Shown piece after piece: positions 39,186 to 52,002 of a stretch of 64,000 nucleotides of DNA; position 1 is the stretch's first letter; the number at the start of each line of letters is the position of its first letter. A model generated the notes under the pieces. The model was given only the letters and a program-made list of their open reading frames with translations. It was not told the DNA's origin and did not search any database. The DNA comes from Malacoraja senta. Taxonomy: Eukaryota. Both the position numbers and the translations under genes were made by a program. The stretch lies in assembly GCA_038087875.1 (NCBI GenBank), contig CM075988.1, forward strand, positions 7,566,001-7,630,000, read 5' to 3'.

Positions 39186-39621
39186 GGCAAACACATAAAG
39201 CTGGAGTAACTCAGCAGATCAGGCGGCATCGCTGGAGAAAAGGAATGGGTGACGTTACGGGTTGAGACACCTTCTTTATAGAATAACAATCAGAGATTTC
39301 TGGGATTCTAGCCTGCACAATCAATGTGGTCACGGTGATGCTAGCACATAATTAACTGAATGCACCACATTGCCAGTTTCACCACCAACTTGCATTTTAT
39401 AAGGTACATTTTAACATTTTAAACATTCACAAGATTTTTCTCACGTGCATTATCAATCAAAATTTGATGCGAAGTCACAGATTCTGGAATAGAGAGATTA
39501 TAGACAATAGACAACAGGTGCAGGAGTAGGCCATTCAGTACCCCGTTCCTGCCTTATTACCATATCCCCTGACTCCGCTATCTTTAAGAGCTCTATCTAG
39601 TACATGCCCTTATCCAAAGGG

Positions 39622-39868
39622 CATTCACACAGAGAGTTGTGAATTTGTGGAATTCACTGCCTCAGAAGGCAATGGAGGCCGATTCACTGGATGCATTCAA
39701 AAGAAAGTTAGATAGAGCTCCTAGGGCTCGCGGAATCAAGGGGTATGGGGAGAAGGCAAGAACGGGGTACCGATTGTGGATGATCAGCCATGATCACATT
39801 GAATGGCGGTGCTGGCTCGAAGGGCCGAATGGCCTACTCCTGGCAACTATTGTCTATGTATCTATATA
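39622..39868 (+). mobile_element. CR1-like LINE 3' end
   Basis: VVNLWNSLPQKAMEADSLDAFKRKLD plus tail. Confidence 0.85.
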
Positions 39869-40654
39869 TGATCTAAAACTGGGTCAAGTAGTAGGTTTCA
39901 AGAAGCATTGCAACGAAGGAATTGAAATAGAATGATAAAGATTTAAGGTTGTTTGTGGTTGGTTTGGAAAATTTGGTGTAATTTAAGAATTCGTATTGTT
40001 CTGAGAGAGTAGTGTAATTTTCTGTCGCCACTGACATTTCGGGTTGTCATCTCTGGTTAGTTGTAGTCCTGGAGGCAGCTTCACGTGACTAGGCGGGTTT
40101 TTCCTTTCACCGCATGATCTCCTATTCTCAGCACATCTGCTCAGTTAAACAGCCTCATCCAAAGGGCATTCAACAAAAGATCTCAAAGAATAAAAACGTA
40201 ATCATGACTTTTGTCTGTCCACAATCTTTCCCTCAATTGTTCAAAACAATGTCCACATTAACCCTCACTTTCCAGCAACTATAGAACAGTGCCCTGTTAG
40301 TGCCACCTTTAAGGCTTGTAGGTCATGGTCCTAAGTGACCTGATGGAGCAGGGCACACAGTAAATCCTTTGACCAGCGCAATGCTTCTGATTGTGTCCTG
40401 CTAGTTTGATTTACGTCTGTCACTAATTCAGCTGTTCTTTCTGCAGAGTTGGCCTGTTTTCCCATGCCTACCCACTTTTGCGTTTTGCTTTCATGGTCAC
40501 ACTGACTCTGTTCATTTTAATTTGGCAAGTTAAAGGAGACTGGGATTTGTTGCTAATGTGGTCTTTACCCATAGAAAGAAAAGATGCCTTTAATATTGTA
40601 AAACACAAAGTGCAGATACTGTAACCTTGCAAAGAGCACATCGATTCAAGGATG

Positions 40655-40980
40655 AGTCTCACCCCAGGACTCTTCCTCTTCTCCTCTCTCCCATCAGGCA
40701 AGAGGTACAGAAGTGTGAAAACGCACACCTCCAGATTCAGGGACAATTTCTTCTCATCTGTTATCAGGCAACTGAACCTATCACCAAATAGAGAGTGGTC
40801 CTGAGCTACCATCTACCTCATTGGAGACCCTCAGACTATCTTAAATCAGACTTTACTAGACGTTATCTTGCACAAAACATTATTCCCTTTATCATGTATC
40901 AGTACACTGTGGACGGCTTGATTGTAGTCATGTATAATCTTCCACTGACTGGACAGTACAGAACAAAAAAAGTGCAGTGA
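40655..40980 (+). mobile_element. Rex1/Babar LINE 3' end
   Basis: ctcccatcaggcaagaggtacagaagtgtgaaaacgcacacctccagattcagggaca. Confidence 0.75.
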
Positions 40981-41509
40981 CAATACAATACAATACAATA
41001 CCGTTTATTGTCATTTGAACCTCAAATGAAGTTCAAACGAAATTTGGTTTCTGCAGTCATACAACAAGAAAAGAACCAAGACACAACACAATTTACACAA
41101 ACATCCTTCACAGTGAATCTCCTCCTCACTGTGATGGAAGGCAAAGTCTTATCTCTCAATAAGCTAAACTAAACTAAGCTAAACAATAAGCTAAACTAAA
41201 CTAACACAAAATTTTAGTTATTTTTATGTTAAAATGTATTTTGTGTATTCTGTTGATTTTTATTAGTATGACTATGACAAATGAAATTCCTCGTACATTG
41301 CAAAACATACTTGGCTAATAAAGTATTATTATTATTATTTACAAAATGCTGTGTAGTAACTCAGCAGGTCAGCCAGCATTTCTAGAGGACATGGAAAGGT
41401 GACATTTTGGGTCAGGACGTCTTCAATTTTTATTGTGCTTTTGGGAATTGCAAAATGTCTAAAAGCCAAGTCCAATTTCTTGTACATTTGAAGTGTAGAC
41501 TTTAGTGAC

Positions 41510-41815
41510 AGGGCGGAACAGGGGTGCAACGGTAGAGTTGATGCGTTACAGCCCCAGAGACCCAGGTTTGATCCTGTGTATGGATGCTGTCTGTATGGAG
41601 TTTGTTCGTTCTCCCTGTGACCATGTGGGATTTCTCCGGGTGCCCCGGTTACCTCTACACTGCAAAGACGTATGGGTTTATAGGTTAATTGGCTTTGGTA
41701 AAATTGTAAATAGTCCATAGGGTGCAGGATAGTGCTAGTGTGTGGGGTGAACATTGGTCGGCGCGGACTCAGTGGGCCAGAGGATTCTGTTTCTGCAATG
41801 TATGTCTAAAGTCAA
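41510..41815 (+). mobile_element. HE1-type V-SINE
   Basis: head, V-domain, tail. Confidence 0.85.
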
Positions 41816-41872
41816 AACCTTTCTGAAATGTAATTTACATTTCAGAAAGGTTTTGACTTTAGAGATACATTG
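41796..41872. repeat. Near-perfect palindrome (38-bp arms, 1-nt spacer)
   Basis: 41796-41833 versus revcomp of 41835-41872: one mismatch. Confidence 0.9.
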
Positions 41873-42297
41873 TAGCTTGTAGTTTTGACTTTAGAGATAC
41901 ATTGTAGCTTGCAGCTTGTAGCTGTGCACTATTTGTCTTAAATCAACATAATGTTTTGTGGGTCTTTAGTGTGCTTAACATTGAGTACACAGTGATTTAT
42001 GCGAGAGAAAACAGAAAGCAGAGGAAAGGAAGTTTTGGCTAAGTGTAACTGCCATTGATTAGTAGCATTGATAGTAAGATTAAACGAGAACTTACCAAGT
42101 TTGAAGTTTGATCTTTATTTTATGAGGAGTTCCGTTGGTGATTACGTGAAGAAGACCCGTCAGGGCGCATGCGCGTCAATCTTCAAAGCAGCGGTATGAA
42201 ATCACAGATAACACAATATTTGAAGTAATATATTAAGATGAGCAACATGAGAACTACCATATGACCTTTTTTATGAGAGAGGGTTGGGCGTGGCCGG

Positions 42298-42409
42298 CAC
42301 GTAATCACCAACGTAACTCCTCATAAAATAAAGATCAAACTTCAAACTTGGTAAGTTCTCGTTTAATCTTACTATTTTACTTCGGAGTCACGTGAGTGAC
42401 TACGTGAAG
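42298..42409. repeat. DIRS internal complementary region (ICR)
   Basis: 42298-42375 is revcomp of 42071-42148; 42375-42409 is revcomp of 46746-46780 (2 mismatches). Confidence 0.9.
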
Positions 42410-42619
42410 GGTTCAAAGCTCTGTGATTTTATGCCGCAGATCCAAATCCCGGCTTCTCACTGCATTGATTGACTTTCGATGATAAACAATCAATAATGCG
42501 TTAAACATGAAATGTGAATATCATGCAGTAACAATTGATTTGAATAATCAAAACAACCAGTAACCCCTCTATCCCAGGGGAAACTAAACAGGACTTAATC
42601 CTGAATTTGCAAACAGCCT

Positions 42620-43510
42620 CTCGCCGATCGGCAATCAGCTGCTAGTAAATTTTTAAAAAACAATTCATTTGAGAATATGGCCGATGTGAACATCCATCGC
42701 CCTAGCCGACGACGTTGCTGCTGCACTAGTGGAAAAGGATATATACACTTCGGTGTTAATTCCTGCCTGAATCAACATTTGCTTTAAACCACCTTGAGAT
42801 AGTCTTGCACTGACATTCTCCTATGTGGCTACATGTAACTAATAAACAATGCTGTTTCCACATTTCTTAAGGTCTTTATAGCTTCAATATAATGAAAATA
42901 AATGTGCCATTACACATAAACATGGATCAGTAGGTTATGCTGAAACACAATTTTAACAAACCTGTGACACCTGGCCTGCTCTGCTTAAGCAGGACGCAAA
43001 TATAACATAACATTCTCTTTAGCAACTTCCATCCTGTCTAGCAGAAACTTTTGCAAACTCTGCACTTGCTATGCTGAACCAATGCCATGAGCATAACCAC
43101 TTTCATGATTAGTTTGGCAAATTCAGAGAAATGACAGGAACCTACTGTCGAAGCATCTTGAGGACCACACTTACATCCCAGATCGTCATATACCTGGGTT
43201 TAGGAGGTTTAGAGTTCAAATTCCTTTCATCAATCCAGCTATGATATGATAAAACTCAATAGGATCTTTCCTGACCCCATCAAAACCATACGAGGACAAA
43301 GCACTTAAAGCTGTATTAATGGTGCTATAACTGAGCCCCTCATCATCGTAGAGTGTCAACAGGAACGCTAAAATATCCACAATACCTGCAGTACTATAGT
43401 CAATATTATTTTGTACACAATATTGCTCCCATTTTTTTACATAAGTAATATACCCCTTTTGAGTACTCTTTCTCCAGGCTACAGTGAGAATGTCCACCGT
43501 TCACCCAGAC
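42620..43510 (-). pseudogene. DIRS tyrosine recombinase remnant
   Basis: AWRKSTQKGYITYVKKWEQYC...GLSYSTINTALSALS; C-terminal AGINTEVYISFSTSAAATSSA (decayed HSTR motif). Confidence 0.85.
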
Positions 43511-43559
43511 AGTCCTTGCCCCAGGTATGGCCTTCTTAAAACCTGCAAATTAACAAGTC

Positions 43560-45200
43560 AATATGATCACATAACGGATGACTTTCCCGTGTTAGCGGAT
43601 GCTCCAGTAAATTCCTACGCTTGGGAACCACCAAAAAGAGGTTGGATCCCTAACTGTAACATCAAAGGGAACCATGCTTGATTCGGCCAATTAGGTATTA
43701 CAAGCACCCCCAAAGCGGCATCCTGCTTGATTTCTTGCAGACTCCAACCTATTAGGCAAAATGGTAGGAAAATATATAAAACATACCACCCCAATGTAAC
43801 GACAAAGTATCAATTGCAACTGCCCCCTGGTCTGGTTCCCATGAAACCTATTTAGGCTGCTGATAGTTGAACCTTGATGCAAAACAAATCGATATCTGGC
43901 ATTCATATACAAGTACTATATTATTGAACGCCTCTTGGTTCAACATCCAATCTGTGTTATCATGGAACTTTCGTGACTTGGCGTCTGCTACTATGTAGAA
44001 TCTACCTGGCAGATAAATAGCTGAAATATATTTTTCAATGCACCAGGCCCAAATTTGATTAGCCAAGCTGTCACAAGATACCGACTTCATTCCACTGATG
44101 TGATTAATATATATGCCACTTGCGTAGTATTGTCAATCTGAAACTGAACATGCAGATTATATTAGTTAGAGCAATAAGCCTTGTCCATAAAAACCTCTTA
44201 ATAGTTAATTGCCCATGTCTGCAGAAGCGATGCCTCTTGCTCAGTCCATCTGCCTCCACAGCTGAAACTCGTATCCGTGACACCCCACCCGAGTGCACTG
44301 ACATTCATCTGCAAAATCATGGAAGGCTGGTCAAGCATTACCTTGCTATAACTCCTGGACATATGGTGAATCCACCATTGCAAATCAGAAACAGCCTTTG
44401 CTGATAAATGCATGGGTCTATTATAATGACCCGAATGTATCCTTAATGCCTCCATTAGCTTGATACAGCTGTCAATTAGCTCTACCCTTTTTCCCTGGGC
44501 AGAGGCACTTAATTGAATCAATTGTGACCCAAATAGTCAGGTGTTAATTTGGAATTCTTTGGATGAATAATGCCCAATCTTTGAAAATTGGATTTAACAA
44601 CTACCACCGGTTACTTCAGCCATCTCTTGGATACCCCTGTAATCAAGATATCATCGAGATAAGCCATGAGCACCTGACCCTGGCCTCTCAGCATGCCTAT
44701 TATAGGTTTTAACTATTTTGTTGCCATAGTTGATCCATCCAGGTGAATTTCAAATCCTTATCCTGCAAATAAACAGACATTGAGTAATGCGCATCTTTAA
44801 GCTCTATAGTAGCCATATAGCATCCTCTTGACCCAGTTGCTTGGCAGTGACAATTCCATCTTACAATGTCTATACTACATCCCCCATCCTTTTTTGGCCT
44901 GAGAAAATATTAGACACAAATTGATGGGGTTGGTGAACCAACTTTACAATTACACCTTTATCACCTTAGCTTCCAAGCGCAGTCTAAACATCCATCTGTT
45001 CTGTTAATGAAAACTGAACAGTTCTCCCAGGAACATGCTGAATGTGCAAATCACAATTTGGATTGAACTCCATTCGAAACCTTTGAATAACACTCTGTAT
45101 AAACAGAGCTGAAGTAATTTGCTTCCATTCATCCCAGAACAGATGTAATGTACCCCAGATTTAAATTGTGTCACATTTGATATGTGCACCTGAGAACCAG
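43560..45200 (-). pseudogene. DIRS RT / RNase H / methyltransferase-like remnant
   Basis: YMATIELKDAHYS; VLMAYLDDILI (~44650); SALGWG...GGRW; IDNTTQVAYIN; VIPNWPNQAWFP. Confidence 0.88.
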
Positions 45201-45217
45201 GCCCACCTACCTCCTTG

Positions 45218-46394
45218 CTACCTGGTGGATGACGTTGTCCCCGGCTCCTGGCGGGAAAGCCAATGTTTGACCATGTTCCCGCTGCAGAATGCACCTGCGC
45301 ATCTGCATTGCCGGCCGACTTGTTCCTGGTCCAGCCTCGTTTGTAGGGGTACGTTCTTTTTTGGAAACTTGCCGACTGCCGGTGGCTTGATCAAGCCCAC
45401 CATCTTTGCCTCGTCATCCACGTCCTTGACACTCTTGGCGAGGTCCTCTCCGAAGAGTAGGTTGGCCGGCTGTATGTTGCTGGGCTGGAAAAATACTGCA
45501 ATCTTGGAATTAATGGTGGGCCGAATGGCACTTTCCCTGAGACAATTTATCTCAAAATGGGTGCTACAAAGCAACCCTTGTACCTCTTGCTGCGTCTCCG
45601 ACACATGCCCTCCATCCATCGTTCTCGCGAATGCCGTGATTCCTGAGCCAAATAATTTCAGGATTCTCTGCAGCTTCATCTCCTGGGCACTGCATGCCCA
45701 TGCCCATCTGGCTCCATATCACCCGGTTCACTGCTGGCACTTTCAGCAACTCGCAGTTACCCCGGTCTCCTGTTTCTTGGTGATTCCAGACTCTGACTGG
45801 ACAGCGAATCGTACTGCCAGAGATGGGAACTCTGACAACGGCCATCTTCGCTTTCCTAGTGGCACTCCATACTCTGACGGGACAGCGAATCGTGCTGCCA
45901 GAGAATGGACCTCTGACAACGGCCGTTCTTCGCTAAGTTCCAAGTCTCCGTCAGAGTCGGGGTCAGAACTTAGCTGACCCTCTGCACTCACCTCATGCAT
46001 GAGGGTGCTTTAAGCAGCCCTCTACCAGGTGCTGCCGGCGTGGCCTTTCTGCAGCCTACCGCCCACACAACTCCTCCCCCCGGAGTGTGCGTTTCTGGAG
46101 CAACCTCTGGATGAGGTGCTCCATTTGGGAGAACCGTTTTAAAACGTCTCCAGCCCCGTACAGGCTCGTTGTGGCCCAACTCCGTTGAGTCCGAGGGCCT
46201 CCCAGACTTCCCCGTGCCTTACGCCCAACAAGCGTTGGCTTTGGTGCTTTTTAGCACAGAGTCTGAAGTCGCCCCGCTCCCGGTCGGCGACTGTGCAGGG
46301 GTACGAGGCAGCCGCTCACAGACCGCATTCCCACGGCTCTCCTATGCTTTACCTGCGGCTGCCCTCCCCCTGGTCGTCTTCATCATGGTGCTGC
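45218..46394 (-). pseudogene. DIRS gag-like ORF1 remnant
   Basis: EINCLRESAIRPTIN...LLFGEDLAKSVKDVDD; upstream part is broken by stops. Confidence 0.7.
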
Positions 46395-46869
46395 CTGTAA
46401 TAAAAAAACACAGAGCACCACAAAAAAGGAACTTTCCCCTCCAGCTAAGTTTCCGACTTAGCTGGAGCTTTAAAACTATAAAAGTACTGTAAAAGTACTT
46501 ACCACAGGAGGAGCTCTGTCCTCCCCTGCTCGTCTTCACCATGGTGCTGCCTGTGACAAAACACAGAGCACAGCACCACAGTAAAAGAAACATTTTTTAC
46601 TCCAGCTAAGTTTCTCACTTAGCTGGAGCTTTAAAACTCTTTAAAATTACTCTAAAAGTACTTACCATGGGAGGAGCTCTGTCCTCCCGCTGTCCGTGCG
46701 CCAATGCGACCGACGTAATGACGCGCATGCGCCCTGACGGGTCTTCTTCACGTAGTCACTAATGTGACTCCGAAGTAAAATTGTACCTGCAGCCCAGACG
46801 TCCTTATATTTTTTTATTGAATGAAGGCCTCACTTGTTTATATTCTGTAAAATATACAGAGTCCATCAC

Positions 46870-47150
46870 AGGAGCGCATCTGGTAGAGTTGCTGTCTCAC
46901 AGCTCCAGAGACCAGTGTCCACACATGACCTATCTGTGCAGAGTTTTCACATTCATTCTCTAGGCATTTTCTCTGAGTATTCCGGTTTCCTCCCACATCA
47001 AGACTTGTCGGTTTGTGGGTAAATTGGCCTCTGTGAATTGCCCTTCAAGTGTAGGGAGAGGATGCGAAAGTGGGATAACATAGCACTTGCGTGAATGGGT
47101 TAGCGTGGACTTGGTGGGCTGAATGGCTGTTTGCATGCTGTATCTCTTAA
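46870..47150 (+). mobile_element. HE1-type V-SINE, diverged
   Basis: ggtagagttgctg...ccggtttcctcccacatc...gggctgaatggctgtt. Confidence 0.7.
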
Positions 47151-47272
47151 TAAAAAGCGATTAATAGGCAGGAACTGCAGATACTGGAATCTTAAGTAAA
47201 ACACAAAGTGCTGGAGTAAATCGGTGTGTTATCTAATATTGAGATTGAATGGCATACAGAAGACAAAGGCAT

Positions 47273-47572
47273 GGGTGGCATGGTGGCGCAGCGGTAGAGT
47301 TGCTGCCTTACAGAGTTGGAGATCTGGGTTCAATCCTGACTACGGGAGCTGTCTGTATGGAGTTTGTACGTTTTCCCCGTGACCACATGGGTTTTCTCCA
47401 AGATCTTCAGTTCCCTCCCATGCTCCAAAGACTTACAGGTTTGTAGATCAATTGGCTTGGTATAAGTGTAAATTGTCCCTAGTGTGTGTAGGATAGTGTT
47501 AATGTGCAGGGATCGCTGGTCAGTGTGGGCCGAAGGGCCCATTTCCGTGCTATATCTCTAAACTAAACTAAA
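47273..47572 (+). mobile_element. HE1-type V-SINE, full length
   Basis: head, V-domain, tail. Confidence 0.9.
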
Positions 47573-48214
47573 GACGGAATGATGGAGGAATACAAGAGCA
47601 AAATGTGATTAGATCTATTAGGTGTTATTGAGTGTAAATGCCAGTGGATATGAGCAGACTGAATTAATCTTTTACATCGTGGAAGAGTAAAACATTGAGG
47701 GCAACTAATTGGTCCTTGTAATTTTCTAACCTCCATACATTTGCATACTTTGCTTGTAGAGGATAGGATAACTACTGCTATGCTTTGTAGAAGGCTGCAC
47801 TGGAGGTGGTTTCCAGACCGACAAATGCCGTGTCAATCCAAATTTAGCACTGTGCCTTTGGGACATGTTTTTTTGTCAGCTGAATGTGTAATATTTATGA
47901 AAACCCACCACCGTGCATTGTATCTCTGAGTCAGTCTATTGACAAATGTGTACCTGGAGGTATTCTGGGCAGCCCTGTGCTTTAAGGATCTTTATAAATG
48001 CGCTTGTGGGTATTGTTGGACGTTAAACAGCTGAAACTTCACATTTATGAATCCAAAGCCACAGTAAGTCGTCTCATGTTTGTCCAGGTGGACATGTCAC
48101 GCTTACTGGAGCAGTAGTTGGCATTGGATCTGGAGTAAGGGGGAGTTGGTGTCCCTGTTTCCAGCTACAATTAATCTGCTCGTAATTAATCTGCTCGGAT
48201 CAAACTAAGGATTT

Positions 48215-48528
48215 TAGTTTTTAGTTTAGTTTCGAGATACAGCGCGGAAACAGGCCCCATTCGGCCCACCGAGTCCACACCGACCAACGATCCCTGCACA
48301 CTAACACTATCCTACACACATTAGGGACAATTTACAAATTATTGAAGCCAATTAACATACAAACCTGTACATCTTTGGAGTGTGGGAGGAAACCAGAGCT
48401 CCCGGGGAAAACCCACGCGGTCACAGGGAGAACATACGAACTCCATACAGACAGCACCCGTATTCAGGATTGGACCTGGGTCTCCGGCGCTGTAAGACAG
48501 CAACTCTACCGCTGCGCTACCGTGCCAC
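48215..48528 (-). mobile_element. HE1-type V-SINE, full length
   Basis: revcomp of consensus. Confidence 0.9.
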
Positions 48529-49007
48529 CCATTGTTCTATATATTCTCCTTACTTTTCATCAGAAGGTTGACTTGGCCCCAAATATCCATTGCCAAGCCC
48601 ACCTTCTTGGAATTGCCTCAACCCTGTTTAAACACTTAGCTTGAATTTGTCTTCCATGATTTATGGACTGATGTGAATGACATCCCTACAACAACGTCTT
48701 TTGTATGATAAAGCACGGGACCCATCCCAGAGCGTTATACAGGTCCCAGTGTAATGCTTCCACTACAGAAGCTAATCAGTCCAATGTGTCAGTTGTCGGT
48801 GCTGATTAACTGGACTCTGACAGCTTGCATTTGTCTTCCAGGCACATTTTATTTACTTGAGCACAAGGAGAGCAGTTACGGTACTACTCTGAAATTATAC
48901 CCGAAAGCCAGAAATACAGATTTCGCTCCTTGAAATCATGCACCTTCTCAAATTTCTTATCACCAATCACAATACATTCTTGAAAACACTAATATCTAAT
49001 AAAACGG

Positions 49008-49442
49008 GTGTAACTCAGCGGGTCAGACAACATCACTGGAGAAAAGGAATAGGTGACGTTTCGGGTCGAGACCCTGCTTCAGACTGAGAGTCAGGGGAAA
49101 GGGAAACGGGAGATTTAGATGGTGATGCAGAGAGATACAGAACAATTAAATGAAAGATCTGCAAAAAAGTAATGATGATAAAGGAAACAGGTCATTATTA
49201 GCTGTTTGCTAGGTGAGAACGAGTACAGACAATGAGACTCAACAAGGCAACTTTGAAGCTGGTGCGACTTGGGTGAGGGAGGGATGTGGAGAGAAGGAAT
49301 GCAGGGGTTCATTAAAGTTAGAGAAATCAATATTCATACCACTGGGCTGTAAAGGGCCCAAGCAAAATATGAGATGCTGTTCCTCCAATTTGCGTTTAGC
49401 CTCACTCTGACAATGGAGGAGGCCCAGGTCAGTGTGGGAATG
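49008..49442 (-). mobile_element. Penelope-like element 3' fragment (GIY-YIG endonuclease C-terminus and 3' UTR)
   Basis: HSHTDLGLLHCQSEAKRKLEEQHLIFCLGPLQPSGMNIDFSNF runs directly into the fold-back repeat monomer. Confidence 0.8.
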
Positions 49443-49912
49443 TTTCACTTTAGTAAGGATGACCATCAAGAATGTTGTGCTCTAGGTTATAGCCAGCTGT
49501 ACATCAAAGGACTCCTATCACAAACCTCGTGCTGTATGTCAAAGGATGTCCTAAGGTCTTTGTGCTGTACAGCTATCATAACCTTTGTTGTACTGCATTT
49601 TCCACACCGTGTGGTCCGTATTTTACAATTATGTCATCTTCCTAATTTAGAAACATGTTGAATGCTGCTATCTTAGAACATCATTGGAAGCACTTTGCTC
49701 ATGAGCTGTGTGTGCACTGGGTGTTGTGGCGTTCATTCTATAGAATTCTTGCTGGGACGGGATTTACCTCTTTATACATGATTATAATGACATTACTCTT
49801 ACATTAGAAGCACTGTGTAATGATTTTCTGGACCCAGTCCAATAATGCTTTGAACATAGTCACAAAATGTCAACAAAGTGGGACAGGCAGCATCTCTGGA
49901 GAGAAGGAACAA

Positions 49913-50218
49913 CCACGGTGGCGCAGCGGTAGAGCTGCTGCCTTACAGCGCTTGCAGCGCCGGGACGCAGGTTCGATCCCGACTACGGGTGCTGTCTGTA
50001 CAGAGTTTGTACGTTCTCCCCATGACAGCGTGGGTTTTCACCGAGATCTTCGGTTTCCTCCCACAATCCAAAAACGTACAGGTATGCAGGTTAATTGGCT
50101 TGGTGTAAATGTAAATTATCCTTAGTGTGCGGAATAGTGCTAGTTTGCGGGGATCGCTGGTCGGTGCGGACTTGGTGGGCCGAAGGGCCTGTTTCCGTGC
50201 TGTATCTCTAAACTAAAC
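49913..50218 (+). mobile_element. HE1-type V-SINE, full length
   Basis: head, V-domain, tail; nested in a fold-back element. Confidence 0.9.
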
Positions 50219-51789
50219 GATACAAAAACTAAAACATCAATGCGAGATGCTACCCGTCCCGCTGAGTTACTCCAGCATTTTGTGTCTATCTTCGGTTTAA
50301 ACCAGCATCTGCAGTCCCTTCCTACCAATAATACTTTGGTTTAATACTTTGGTATTAAAAAAAACAAAATGATAATGGGGACACAAAGAACTGCAGATTC
50401 TGGAATGTTGAATAAAACACAAAGTGCTGGAGTAACTCAGTGAGTCAGGCAGCATCTGTGGAGGGAAAGGGCAGGTGAACAGGTCTGAAGGTGGGTCCCG
50501 ACCTGAAACGTCACCTATCCATTCCCTCCGCAGATGTTGGTTGACCCGCTGAGTTAAAATGATAATGGGAATCAATAAACAAAATAAACAAAGTGTCTAG
50601 AAGTAGAAACAAAGAATGGGTGGGGTGAAAAGTGCGAACCAGGGGAATTCTATCCCTGTGCTGTCTGGGGGAACAGAACTACGCGACACAGGAGGAAATA
50701 TGGGTGTGGGATCCTTCAATGAAAGCAGAGGGAATCCATGTTTACTAAAGATAGAGGACATCTCACACGGATGGAACTATCATCAATAGGACTTTATTGC
50801 ACTGTATCTTTCACTAAACAGGTATACCCTTTATCATGTATCTGTACATTGTGGAAGGCTTGATTGTAATCACATACAGTCTTTTCGCTGACTGGATAGC
50901 ACACAACAAAAAAGCTTTTCACTGTATCTTGGTACAACATGACAATAACAAACTAAACAATAACTGTGACATCTAAAATCTGCAGCATTCTGCCATAATA
51001 TCTGAAATAAAAACCAAAATCACAGGTCATTGTAGCGCATGTAATGTCGTTGCAAACAGTAAAGGCTTTCAGACTTTGGAGATTGTATTATGTGTTTTGC
51101 GGTTCACGGGAAGTTTCAGAGGCAGTCTGTGAAGGTCCCGAGAATGACCTGTGTATTTACAGTGGGTTTGGTTAAATATGTAGAAACCCACTGAGCACAA
51201 ATTCTTTAAAGTTCGGGACTCTCTGGGGAGAGGCGACAAAGGTTAATGTTTTCAGGTCAAATGCCTTTCATTAAAACTGGTTTTTTTTAAATTTGGCGGT
51301 ATGTAACAGGTTTTAAGAAGTACAAAGTCAAGGAAAACGAAAAAAGAAAAGCTGGTGAAGGCTGGGAAGTTGAATGTTGAAAGGAATAATTGTGCAAGGC
51401 ATCAGGGCAAGTGCAAGTAATTAAAAAAAACGAGAGAGCAGAAACAAGGAACTGCAGATGCTGGTTAACAAACAGGGTTGTAGGTTAATTGGCTTGGTAT
51501 AAGTGTAAAAATTGTCCCTAGTTGGTGTAGGATAGTGTTAATGTGCGGGGATCGCTGGTCGACGCAAACTCGGTGGGCCGAAGGGCCTGTTTCCGCGCTG
51601 CATCCCTAACTAAAGAAAAGACACAAAGTGCTGGAGTAACTCAGGCAGCATCTCTGGAGAACATGGATAGGTGGCGTTCTTGGGTCAAGACCCTTCTTCA
51701 GACTGAAAAGTGTGTAGTGCGGAGTAAATGGGATGAGTGGAATCAGTGAAAACAGATTCTGCCTAAAAATGCAGAGACTGCAGTTATGA

Positions 51790-51950
51790 TTTTCAATAGC
51801 TGCTGTTCTTATAATGGTGTCATGGGACCTTTTATATTTCTTTGAATGGACAGATGTGACTTTAGTTTAACATCTCATTTGATGTACAGTGTGTCCAGTA
51901 ACGTGGCATTTTCTTAGTATTGTATTGAAGGAGTAACCTAGATAATGCGT
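51790..51950 (-). mobile_element. Deu-domain SINE relic
   Basis: gtcatgggaccttttat...gtttaacatctcat...cttagtattgtattgaaggagt resembles SacSINE1 revcomp. Confidence 0.5.
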
Positions 51951-52002
51951 TTAAAAAAGTGACATTTTAACTAATGATGTTTTCGATGATATGCTATTCA
52001 GA

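Larger units (their letters stand above)
42071..46780 (-). mobile_element. Full-length decayed DIRS1-like tyrosine-recombinase retrotransposon
   Basis: gag-RT-RNase H-MT-YR remnants; inverted repeat 42143-42178/46719-46754; ICR at 42298-42409. Confidence 0.92.

Noticed and set aside
45168..45977. Longest ORF (269 aa, plus strand) as a host gene
   Set aside because: It is antisense to the DIRS gag remnant and has no recognisable domain.
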